DNA of 64,000 nt from Candidatus Omnitrophota bacterium (GTDB lineage Bacteria > Omnitrophota > Gorgyraeia > 1-14-0-20-64-10): contig JAHFFE010000008.1 of assembly GCA_023248155.1 (NCBI GenBank), positions 6,515 to 70,514 on the forward strand, written 5' to 3'. The notes beneath the pieces were generated by a model. The model ran no database searches, was not told the origin of the DNA, and saw only the letters and a list, made by a program, of their open reading frames with translations. Positions within the stretch are counted from its first letter, which is position 1. The number at the start of each line of letters is the position of its first letter. The position numbers and the translations under genes are program-made. Of the stretch, positions 46,417 through 55,315 are shown one piece after another.

Positions 46417-49400
46417 ATGAAAAAACAATCAGTTTTTTATCCTCGAAAAGTAATCGCTTTTTTTATTTTTTTGGTATTTCTTTCAACCAGCGTCGGAGTC
46501 AACCCATCGTCCAAAAATTTCCCGGATGTTTCGCCTGACGCGCTGCGAGCCGTTAGCGGCGCGGAGTCGGCGGCTCAGCCGGGACTTGAAGAGTCTCTGA
46601 AAGAATCCGCCGGCCTATCTCGCAGCGGATGGTCGCTTAATTGGCTGGCCGGTATTACATTTGCGTTAACGGCAGCGTTGGATTGGGGCGAACCGGTGGC
46701 TGCCCAACAGGCGCAGCCGTCCCCGTTCGTAGCGACCCTCGATAATTTTCCGTCCGGCCCGGAATACAGTCGTTCCTCTGAAACCTTGAACCGTTATTTG
46801 AAAACCCTGGTGCCGGAACTGCCAGGGCCGGTCATTCTGACGCCGGGCGCCACGGTCCGTATCATCGCTATTCATGAGACTAAAGACCAAACAGGAGAAA
46901 TCGACGGCGCCTATGTGACGCTGACGCCTTCGAAGGAAACGATTGTGGTGCGCGCCGGTGACAACCGCTGGCTGGTTCCCGCCGGTGTTTCGTTAAAAGT
47001 CCATATCGACCGCAGGAAAAAAGAAACGCGCGTTTACCGTGAATCGGAAGTCACACGGCTGGCGGTTGAATTATCTGACATTGCCGGGCTTTCTGATCTG
47101 ATGGACCGTTTTGATGTGGAGGGGCCGGTCGTTGGCGCAACGCGGTTTAAATCCAGCGGAAAACTGGTGATGGGAGGAATTATTTATCGCGACGGGGGCG
47201 TTCGCCATTGGAATATTGTGCCGATTGATCCGGGATCTTCCGTTACGGTGATCGCGCCCGATGGCACGGAATCGACGGTGCCGGCCTTAAAACCGTTGCG
47301 TTTGATTATTCAAGACGGACAAGCGCGCATTGATCCGAAACAGCAATACAGTTCGGTGCGAAAGCCGGCATTTTTGCCGCCGGCGGTAACAGGCCGCTTC
47401 GATGCGGTGCCGGTGGTCGAAAACCCGAGCCCGATCGTCCGATCGAGCCGTGCTGCTCAGCCGGTTCCGGCTGCTTCGGTCCGCCGTTTCATTCCGCCGA
47501 AATTGGATCCGGAACTTCCGAAAATTCCGGAGCTGCAACTGGTAGCGGCGATTCCATCCAGTGTGACGGCCCGGCCGGCCGCAGATTCTCAATTCACGGA
47601 CTCTCGCAAAAAAGAGCCGGCTCCAATGCCGATGCCGGCCGATCTGCCGCGGACGGCTCCGGTCATAGCAGCAGACCGCGTCCGTGTCCGGCAAAATCCG
47701 CGCAATCCGGATCTGTCTCCGAATGTTGGACGGAACGATTCGGGTCCCGGCCCGTCCTCTCCGGATATTGCCGTGAAAGATAGAACACCGGTTCCTCCAG
47801 CAGAGGCATCGCCGGTTGCGTTGGCTCCAATTGCAGCGGGGGAGGCTCCCGTTCGCCGTGTTGCACCGGTTCCTCCTGTGGATCTCCCGGTTCCGCCACC
47901 CTCCGTCGTAGCCGGTGGTAATTCTCTGGTCCGTTTGGATCGTTTGCCGCGCGAGCCGGCGGTTTCACCGGTGCCCGCTCGCTCGATTCCAGAAAGTGAG
48001 TTATTTTCGGAGAGTCTTAATTTCGCGGATCGATCGCCGGTGATTGACGCTCCTCAGCCACATCCGAAATTGGCCGAACCGCCGGTAGGTGTCGTTAATA
48101 CCACACGTCGCCGAGCCCCGGCGTCAAAGCCGGCGGAAGAGTTAATCTCTCCGGTGCCATTGTCAGAGCCACTTTCAGCGGAATCGACTGTTGAATTACG
48201 CAAGATTGAAGGGGATATCCTTAACAGCATGGCGCGATTACACCAGTGGGCCGTCGATGCTCTCAACAATCATGCGGCCCGCGTGGCCGAACAGCGGCAA
48301 AAGAAAGCAGGCACCCCGGCGGATAGAAACATTGCCGATTTCAACACGCTGAAAGCCGATGTCGATGCGGCAATGGGACGTGTTATTCTTGTCCTGCGCG
48401 ATTATGTCAGGGCCGATGGCCCGGCGCGCGCCGGTTTTTGGAACCGGTATCAACAGGCAGTCCAGAATTGGTTTGACGCGCGCGAGCGGCAGGTTGGCGC
48501 TTATCTGGAACTGGCCGATGATTTATTACAGCGCGATCGTCAGTCGGCTTCCAACCAAGGCAATACCAGCACGCGTGACCTAGAGCGGTCGCAGGCTGCC
48601 AGCGAAATTGCCGGATTCACGCTTCTGGAATTAACCGCCTTCCGTAATCTGTACGACGACCTCATTGAGCTGGGTGTTCCGGTTCCGTTCCTGAACGCGG
48701 CTATGCCCGATGAAATTGGTTACACGCCCTATTCCGTTCCGGTCATTCCCAGTTTGCAAAAGCCGGCAGCCGCGGCCGACCGTGCCCGTTTTTTAGAGAA
48801 GGCCTTCAATCAAATCGCCGAAATTTTACGGCTGAACAGTCAAAAACTGGGTGTTGATATCCGATTGCGTCTATCGGAATACCAGCGGTTTAAAAACAAT
48901 TTCTATTCCACTCCGCGGGGAGGCACGTTACCTCAAGGCACGAGCAGGGAAGAGATGAACTATGCCAGTTTTCTCAGGGATGAGGCGATTTTTCAGCGGG
49001 CCCAACAGCAGCGCCTTTCGGCTCAAATCAATTTTGTTGAAGCATTACAAGTTTTGTCGCAGACGCAGGGGCAGCCGTTTTTGCCGGCTGACAATGAACA
49101 GGTGCGTGCGGTTGTGGCCAACTATGCCGTTGAACATGGATACCCTCCTGACATTGGTCAGGAGGTGGTTATTTCGGTGGTTGGTTTAAGAACGGTGCGC
49201 GACACGATCTTTATCTCCGCCCAGGAACGGCTTTCGCGGGCGATCTCGGATGAAATGGCGGCGCGGGTTGTTCTGTCTCAAAAATTAATCGTCTACCTCC
49301 AGGATGACTTCAAACGGATGGTTCATGCCAACCTACGTGTTCCCGGCGCCTACCCTGCCTGGGACATTTTCGTTGCCGAATATAAACTCCGGCAGGCTCG

Positions 49401-51615
49401 GCAACAACTCGCGATCACTCAACTTGCGCAGGAAAACGATACGGTCAGAGCTCAGCTTGGTTTACCGCGCAGTAATATTGAGCTGGCTGTGCCGCCAGCA
49501 GTGCGCAGTATTCTGGAAACCAATAGACAGTCGCTTCTGCCGGGTTCTTCCATCACGGAATCAACGGATAGTTTTAAAGAATGGATTAAAGGGGCTGATG
49601 CCAGCGTTTTATCGCCGTTGGATACCGCAGAGAACCTTGCGGCCACTTTTCTGGGATTGGTAAATCCTCCGTCAGAGCCCAAGGCGGATGATTTGGTTCG
49701 CCGGCAGGCCGAAAACGAGCGGAAGATGCTCGAGGCCAAAATCAAGATGCTTGAAAACGAAAACTGGCTGGCCAAGGCGTTGGCCTCTATCCGTGAATCA
49801 ACCGAAGCAACCCATCCCGGATCTGTAACGAAGCCGGAATTGGAAGATGCCCGTAACTGGCGCGCGCAAATTGAACTGAGAAACGCGGAAATAGCCGTAA
49901 TTCGTGCCGATATCGTCCGGCTAGAACCTGGGTTGGATCCGGTCCGGTATGCCGAGCTAAGAGGGGAGTACAATCGGCTCGTTTTAGAGCGGTTGCGTGT
50001 TGCCAGCCGAGTTAATAGAGAGCGGATGGATGTTCTTGATGGCCGCTTGAAGATTGAGGGAATTCTGGAATTGAATGCCGAAGCCTGGAGGAGGTTTGAC
50101 GCCGCTTACGCGGCGGGTACTCCGCAACCTCTTAACCAGATTTTAGGACAACTCAGGAATGCGGGAGCTGTCCGCCGCACTGATTCCATTGACAGAGCGA
50201 TTCAAAGCTGGGGACAGACAAACGATTATGGCAAGCTGTTAGAACAAGCGCTCGCGCGTAATGAAGAACTGGTTCAACGGGGCGCTTCGCTCGATGCTCA
50301 CTCGTCTCGGCCGGCCTTGCCGACGCTTGAAACGGTTCTTTTCGATAATAGTAGTAAGTCGCAAACCTATCCGGATAACCGTTCCGAGGTTTTCACGGTC
50401 ACTTTGGGCAAAGGGGGAGTTCCTCAGCCGCTGCAGATTGCCGGCCCTTTCCGTATGGACGCGCTGGTTATTCCGTCCTATGTTTCTCCGCGTGTCGAGC
50501 CCTATCAGAATGCGCATGATGATCTTCGTCCCCGGGACTGGCAAGCTCCGCGCGATTCACTCGAGAAAGTCGATCTTCTTGACTCGACTGCGCCCACCGC
50601 ATCCGGCCGGTTCGGCGCCGGGTCTTTCTTCCGTTACCGGCAAACGCCCGCTCTTTCTTCCGAAAACACGACCGGCCTGTCGACATTCCTGAGGCCGGGT
50701 GTATTACGCGTCGATCCACGGGTGGCCTCTATGCCGGTTCCGGGCGTTCGCGCTTCATGGGATCCTAATAAGAAACAATGGACTTTGCCTGACAAGGCTG
50801 AAGACCGCCAGGTCGTTTATTTTTATCCGGTGCGTAAATTAGATATTGTGTTTGAAAATGGGAAATGGGTTCCCCGGGTAAATTTATTTGGAATTGTTCC
50901 TCAGCCTGTTTCGTGGAGAGAAGCGGGTCAACTGGCAGAAACACCCCAACGGACTTTAGGTCCGAACCGGAGCGTTTCGAGAGTGGGAGAATATGTAACC
51001 GATCCATTGACGGGGGATCCCTATGTTTCTTTTAATGTGGAGGGTGGTTTTTCCAGATACCGTATTAATGTGACCTCGTATCAAACCCCTGAAGGAAAAG
51101 TTGAGCAGGAGTTCAGTTTTATTTCCGAGACTATTGGCGATACCGATGCGCCGCGTTCTGCCATAATTGGAACCGCGGCCGCCGCATCCGGACAGGAAGA
51201 ATCGATTGTACTTCCGGCCGGCGCGACCAACGGCAATATAATTATTTTCACGCCAGAGACGGTCGAGGCTGGGGTTGAACTGATGCTGAATCGGTTTCGC
51301 TTGGCGGCCGGAGAGAAAATTCCGGTGGCCGTGATCGTGAGCGACGCCGTTCAGCATTCCCATGTTTTGGATTTACTGGAAGGCCAACCTGTTGAATTAC
51401 TGTTTCCAATCATGGACCTTTCCGTGACTGGAGATAGCCTGAAAGAGGCGATTGATGCGCTTGCGGCAGATGCCGAAAGTTACTCGCTAAAACCGCTGGT
51501 CATCGACACGATGGCCGCGTTCCGCCAGCTGGGCACATTCCTCGGTATTCCGGAACTGGACCAGCGTTTGCTGAACGAATGGCTGGATCAGCAGGGAGTT
51601 GTTTCCCAGGCATAA
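46417..51615 (+). CDS. Large secreted/anchored coiled-coil protein, paralog C (1,732 aa). Signal peptide, TM anchor, long Pro-rich low-complexity stalk, conserved N-module, beta-rich C-domain, shared C-terminal domain.
   Basis: ATG at 46417 gives MKKQSVFYPRKVIAFFIFLVFLSTSVGV (signal). An anchor WSLNWLAGITFALTAALDW follows. A Pro-rich stretch is encoded at ~47400-48160. The N-module WNRYQQAVQNWFDARERQV...LGVPVPF and the C-domain VDPRVASMPVPGVRASWDP...YFYPVRKLDIVFENGKWVPRVNL are paralogous to the 35565 gene. The last ~120 aa match the 44326 gene. Confidence 0.85.
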   Translation: MKKQSVFYPRKVIAFFIFLVFLSTSVGVNPSSKNFPDVSPDALRAVSGAESAAQPGLEESLKESAGLSRSGWSLNWLAGITFALTAALDWGEPVAAQQAQPSPFVATLDNFPSGPEYSRSSETLNRYLKTLVPELPGPVILTPGATVRIIAIHETKDQTGEIDGAYVTLTPSKETIVVRAGDNRWLVPAGVSLKVHIDRRKKETRVYRESEVTRLAVELSDIAGLSDLMDRFDVEGPVVGATRFKSSGKLVMGGIIYRDGGVRHWNIVPIDPGSSVTVIAPDGTESTVPALKPLRLIIQDGQARIDPKQQYSSVRKPAFLPPAVTGRFDAVPVVENPSPIVRSSRAAQPVPAASVRRFIPPKLDPELPKIPELQLVAAIPSSVTARPAADSQFTDSRKKEPAPMPMPADLPRTAPVIAADRVRVRQNPRNPDLSPNVGRNDSGPGPSSPDIAVKDRTPVPPAEASPVALAPIAAGEAPVRRVAPVPPVDLPVPPPSVVAGGNSLVRLDRLPREPAVSPVPARSIPESELFSESLNFADRSPVIDAPQPHPKLAEPPVGVVNTTRRRAPASKPAEELISPVPLSEPLSAESTVELRKIEGDILNSMARLHQWAVDALNNHAARVAEQRQKKAGTPADRNIADFNTLKADVDAAMGRVILVLRDYVRADGPARAGFWNRYQQAVQNWFDARERQVGAYLELADDLLQRDRQSASNQGNTSTRDLERSQAASEIAGFTLLELTAFRNLYDDLIELGVPVPFLNAAMPDEIGYTPYSVPVIPSLQKPAAAADRARFLEKAFNQIAEILRLNSQKLGVDIRLRLSEYQRFKNNFYSTPRGGTLPQGTSREEMNYASFLRDEAIFQRAQQQRLSAQINFVEALQVLSQTQGQPFLPADNEQVRAVVANYAVEHGYPPDIGQEVVISVVGLRTVRDTIFISAQERLSRAISDEMAARVVLSQKLIVYLQDDFKRMVHANLRVPGAYPAWDIFVAEYKLRQARQQLAITQLAQENDTVRAQLGLPRSNIELAVPPAVRSILETNRQSLLPGSSITESTDSFKEWIKGADASVLSPLDTAENLAATFLGLVNPPSEPKADDLVRRQAENERKMLEAKIKMLENENWLAKALASIRESTEATHPGSVTKPELEDARNWRAQIELRNAEIAVIRADIVRLEPGLDPVRYAELRGEYNRLVLERLRVASRVNRERMDVLDGRLKIEGILELNAEAWRRFDAAYAAGTPQPLNQILGQLRNAGAVRRTDSIDRAIQSWGQTNDYGKLLEQALARNEELVQRGASLDAHSSRPALPTLETVLFDNSSKSQTYPDNRSEVFTVTLGKGGVPQPLQIAGPFRMDALVIPSYVSPRVEPYQNAHDDLRPRDWQAPRDSLEKVDLLDSTAPTASGRFGAGSFFRYRQTPALSSENTTGLSTFLRPGVLRVDPRVASMPVPGVRASWDPNKKQWTLPDKAEDRQVVYFYPVRKLDIVFENGKWVPRVNLFGIVPQPVSWREAGQLAETPQRTLGPNRSVSRVGEYVTDPLTGDPYVSFNVEGGFSRYRINVTSYQTPEGKVEQEFSFISETIGDTDAPRSAIIGTAAAASGQEESIVLPAGATNGNIIIFTPETVEAGVELMLNRFRLAAGEKIPVAVIVSDAVQHSHVLDLLEGQPVELLFPIMDLSVTGDSLKEAIDALAADAESYSLKPLVIDTMAAFRQLGTFLGIPELDQRLLNEWLDQQGVVSQA

Positions 51616-51668
51616 TCGTTTGTTTAAAGTGCGTTTAGTCCTTGTTTTTGAGATAAAATAGTAATGGA

Positions 51669-54122
51669 ATGCCTAACAAACGGTTTTTTATCGGCCTGAT
51701 TATTTTGGGAGCCGCGGCGCTGACGGTGTCGGCTGCTTCGGCCGCGGAGCCTGATTTTTGGTCCCGCTTGAAACAGGCGGTCCGTTCGACCGTTTCCCCT
51801 CAAAAAACCGAACAGAAAAAGCCCGAAACAGTTGTCCCGGCGCCGCCCGCTCCGATTGTAAAAAAACCGGCGGTCCGCGAACCGCCTCCCAAAATGCTCG
51901 TTGACGATTTTGAAATCGGCGAAACGCACGGCATTTTCAAGGAACGCAAGAACCGCATCGACGCGTTCCAGGGCACCTGGGCCAAGCCGCCTTCCTACGC
52001 GCTGATCACGAAAGTTCCCGATACGCGGCCCGGCTATTCCGGCAACTCACTGCGCATTGAATTCAACAAGCAGGGCGGCTGGTGCGGCTGGTACACGCTG
52101 CTCAACGGCATCGATGTTTCCGGCTGCAACGCGCTGACGTTCTGGGTCAAGGGCGAGCATGGCGGCGAACGGTTCGACATCGGTCTTTCCGACGACCGGA
52201 TGCAGGAGATGGAGGTCGATTCCATTTATCTGGGCGCCGTAAATACCTATCTGCCCGACGGCGTGACGACCGAATGGCAAAAAGTACGCGTGCCGCTGGA
52301 GGCGATCCGCTCCGAAATAAATTTAAAGAAGATGGGCTGTCTGGTTTTCTGGTTCCGCTATGAGAGCCACAGCGCCATTCAGATCGACGATATCGGCTTT
52401 GATAATGATCCCGAGGTTGAACGGATTCAGAAGGAAAATACTCCGCGCGCCGAACCCGATCCGCGCGCGCCGCGTGCTCTCTGGGTATGGAAGTATGACC
52501 TGGTCAACCAGCCGCAAGTGCGCGCCGACTGGTTCCCGTTTTTTGAACAGACGGCGATCCGAACGATTTACCTCTACATGGGCGAGGAGCCGGTCAGCCA
52601 CTGGCCTTCTGACCAGCAGAAAAATCTGGCACAGTTTTTGAAAGAGGCCCACGCCCGCAAATTGGAAGTGCACGCACTGCAGGGCAACCCGCTCTGGGCC
52701 TTAAAAACGATGCACCCGAAAGTGATCGCCTGGATCAGCGGGTTCCTCGATTTTAACGCCGCGCACTCGCCGGAAGAACGGATCGACGGCATCCATATGG
52801 ACATTGAGCCGTACCTCACCCAGGAATGGGAAACCGGCGACCGCGACCGCCTGAAAAAAGAGTTTCTGGAACTGCTCGATCTCTGCCGCCAGTTGATTGA
52901 CAAAAAAGCGGTGGCCACCGACCGCCCCTGGGCCGTCGGGCCGATGGCCAAAAAACCGTTTGTGATGGGGCTGGCCATTCCGCTGTTTTATGATCAGGAA
53001 CCGGAAATGGAAGAAAAACTGCTCAGCTACCTCGATTATGCCGCGCTGATGGATTATTACGATTCGTCCCGCGACATCATTGCCGAGGGTTGGCCGCACA
53101 TTAAGCGCGCTCAAAAAGCCGGCGTTCAGATGGTTGTCGGCGTCGAGACGCAGGACCTGGTCCAGATGAACCAGGGCAAGCGCCGCAACACTTTTTTTGA
53201 AGAAGGCTGGGAAGAGATGGAACGCGACATCGCCCGGACGATCGGCGCGTTCGCCGGTAATCCCAGTTTTGCCGGCATCGCGGTCCATTGCGATTACTCC
53301 TACCGCAGCCTCCAGCGCGGCCGCAATGTTCCGACGCACGAACGGTCCGGGAAAATTCCGCGTATTGCCGCCGATCTGGGCAATAAAAAAATTTCCATCG
53401 ATGGAGATCTGTCCGAATGGGCCGACGCGAAATGGATGAAAGTCGACCAGCGCGAGCAGGTGGTTTACGGCGTCGGCGCTTGGGGCTGGGCGCAGGATAT
53501 GTCGTACAAGGCGGCCGTCCGCTGGGAACCGAAAGCGCTGTTTTTGGCGCTGGATGTGACCGACAACCAGGTTGTTCAGGAGAAAGCGGATAAAGATCTT
53601 TGGGAGGGGGACCATTTCGAGCTCTGGCTTGACGCCGATCTTTATGAGGATTACAGCGAAGCCGTTAACTCCGCCGATGATTTCCAGATCGGCATCAGTC
53701 CGGGTAATTTTAAAAATCTGCCGCCCCAGGTCTATGTCTGGGTGCCGTCCGTTTCACCTGAATCGGCCGCGCTCGTGCAGATTGCCGCCAAGCCGAAATC
53801 GCCCGACGCAAAAAACAAATCGGGCGGCTATACCATCGAACTGCGCATCCCGGTTGCGTTCTTATTCCAGAATATCCAGAAGCGCGTCGGTGTCGATCCG
53901 GGTGAGGTGAGCGCGCCGCGCGGCGTTACGCTCGAGTCAATGGTGCTGAATATCGGCTGTTTGGAGGCCGGCGAGTTGAAGCCCGGTTTCAAACTCGGCA
54001 TGATGATTGACGGGTCCGACACCGATAATCCATCCCAGCCGCAGAAATGTCTGCTCTCCACTTCGGTGGAACGGCAGTGGGGAGACCCGACTACGTTTAA
54101 CATTGTGGAGCTGGAAGAATGA
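51669..54122 (+). CDS. Secreted multidomain carbohydrate-active-like protein (817 aa). Signal peptide, ~110-aa beta-sandwich (CBM-like) module, glycoside-hydrolase-like TIM barrel (DGIHxD motif), CBM9-like domain.
   Basis: The N-terminus MPNKRFFIGLIILGAAALTVSAASAAEP is a signal peptide. The module GGWCGWYTLLNG...LTFWVKGEHGGERFDIGLSDD...YLPDGVTTEWQKVRVPLEAI is paralogous to modules in the next three genes. ALWVWKYD...IYLY...LEVHALQGNPLW...DGIHMDIEPY is paralogous to the 56626 gene and resembles GHL/YngK-type TIM barrels. DGDLSEWADAKW...LWEGDHFELWLDAD matches the CBM9-like family pattern. Confidence 0.7.
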   Translation: MPNKRFFIGLIILGAAALTVSAASAAEPDFWSRLKQAVRSTVSPQKTEQKKPETVVPAPPAPIVKKPAVREPPPKMLVDDFEIGETHGIFKERKNRIDAFQGTWAKPPSYALITKVPDTRPGYSGNSLRIEFNKQGGWCGWYTLLNGIDVSGCNALTFWVKGEHGGERFDIGLSDDRMQEMEVDSIYLGAVNTYLPDGVTTEWQKVRVPLEAIRSEINLKKMGCLVFWFRYESHSAIQIDDIGFDNDPEVERIQKENTPRAEPDPRAPRALWVWKYDLVNQPQVRADWFPFFEQTAIRTIYLYMGEEPVSHWPSDQQKNLAQFLKEAHARKLEVHALQGNPLWALKTMHPKVIAWISGFLDFNAAHSPEERIDGIHMDIEPYLTQEWETGDRDRLKKEFLELLDLCRQLIDKKAVATDRPWAVGPMAKKPFVMGLAIPLFYDQEPEMEEKLLSYLDYAALMDYYDSSRDIIAEGWPHIKRAQKAGVQMVVGVETQDLVQMNQGKRRNTFFEEGWEEMERDIARTIGAFAGNPSFAGIAVHCDYSYRSLQRGRNVPTHERSGKIPRIAADLGNKKISIDGDLSEWADAKWMKVDQREQVVYGVGAWGWAQDMSYKAAVRWEPKALFLALDVTDNQVVQEKADKDLWEGDHFELWLDADLYEDYSEAVNSADDFQIGISPGNFKNLPPQVYVWVPSVSPESAALVQIAAKPKSPDAKNKSGGYTIELRIPVAFLFQNIQKRVGVDPGEVSAPRGVTLESMVLNIGCLEAGELKPGFKLGMMIDGSDTDNPSQPQKCLLSTSVERQWGDPTTFNIVELEE

Positions 54123-55315
54123 ACAAGCAGTCATTGCGCAATGACATGTTCTTCGTTCTCGTTTTATGCTTAATGCTGTGCGCCACCCCTGTTTTTGCCG
54201 CCGAGGTCTCCGTTAGAGACGTCCCGGCATTCCCGGAGGGTACCGCCATTCTTCCGATTGAACAACCGCGCATGCAGCGCGGCCGGTTTGGCGCCTATGC
54301 GATGAGTCCCTCAAAAATGGGTATTTTCCCGGACTTCAAAATAGCAAAACGGCCGGGGTCGTCGGTGGAACCGATGTATGTCCGCTTTCGCAAAGAACCG
54401 GGGCCCTCTTTTTGCGGTTCTTACTGGATTATTGCCGGCGATTTGCGCAAATACGCCACGCTGACCTTCTGGATCCGCGGCGAGCGCGGCGGCGAGAATT
54501 TTGAAATCGGCCTCAATGACTTAATCGCCAGCCGCCGCGAAGATGCGATCATGGGAGGCTCCATTTACCGGTATCTTCCGGGCGGCATCACCAAAGAATG
54601 GCAGCAGGTGAAAATTCCGCTCGAAGATTTTTTCGGCGCCGATTTTTCCCGCATACACAGCCTTGTTTTTTCGTTCTCTGATCCGGGGGAGGGAGCGCTC
54701 TGGATCGACGGCTTTGTTTTCCATGAAGAAGCGCTGGTCCAGCGGGAGGACGAAATCATCCGATCGGGCGAACTGCTGCTGGACAACTTCGACCACAGTG
54801 ATTTGAACCTGCTGGGCCGCAAAACCAACGCTTACAAAAAAACACCGTCGTTTTGCGCGGCCAGCCGTGTTGAGAAACCGCGCCGTGGAAACCAGGGCCG
54901 CTCGTTGCGCCTCGATTATGATAAGCAGTCGACCGGGTGGGCCGGTTATTTTTCGCTGTTTAACCAGATTGACGGCGCTTATTACGATTTAAGCCAATTT
55001 AAGGAGATCCGTTTCTGGGTCCGCGGCGCGCGCGGTAAGGAGGTTTTTGATGTCGGCATGGCCGACCGTTCCTGGTTGACTATTGGTGATTCGGTCAAAT
55101 GTGGTACAATAGATAAATACTTAAAAAAAGGCGTCACAAAAGATTGGCAGGAAGTAGTAATTCCGTTTAAAGATTTTGGCAAATTAGATTGGTCACAAAT
55201 GGGTTCTTTTGTGGTAAATTTCTCTAGGCCGGCAAAAGGAACCCTTTTTGTGGATGATGTCCGGGTGATTCGGAAATCGGACGAAGAACTGCTGAAGGAG
55301 TGGGATAAACAATGA
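54119..55315 (+). CDS. Secreted protein with two tandem beta-sandwich (CBM-like) modules (398 aa).
   Basis: There is an ATGA overlap with the upstream stop. The signal peptide is MNKQSLRNDMFFVLVLCLMLCATPVFAAEV. There are two copies of the FW(I/V)RG..G.E.F.IG(L/M).D ... YL..G.TK.WQ.V.IP motif (CGSYWIIAG...FWIRGERGGENFEIGLND and WAGYFSLFN...FWVRGARGKEVFDVGMAD). Confidence 0.75.
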   Translation: MNKQSLRNDMFFVLVLCLMLCATPVFAAEVSVRDVPAFPEGTAILPIEQPRMQRGRFGAYAMSPSKMGIFPDFKIAKRPGSSVEPMYVRFRKEPGPSFCGSYWIIAGDLRKYATLTFWIRGERGGENFEIGLNDLIASRREDAIMGGSIYRYLPGGITKEWQQVKIPLEDFFGADFSRIHSLVFSFSDPGEGALWIDGFVFHEEALVQREDEIIRSGELLLDNFDHSDLNLLGRKTNAYKKTPSFCAASRVEKPRRGNQGRSLRLDYDKQSTGWAGYFSLFNQIDGAYYDLSQFKEIRFWVRGARGKEVFDVGMADRSWLTIGDSVKCGTIDKYLKKGVTKDWQEVVIPFKDFGKLDWSQMGSFVVNFSRPAKGTLFVDDVRVIRKSDEELLKEWDKQ

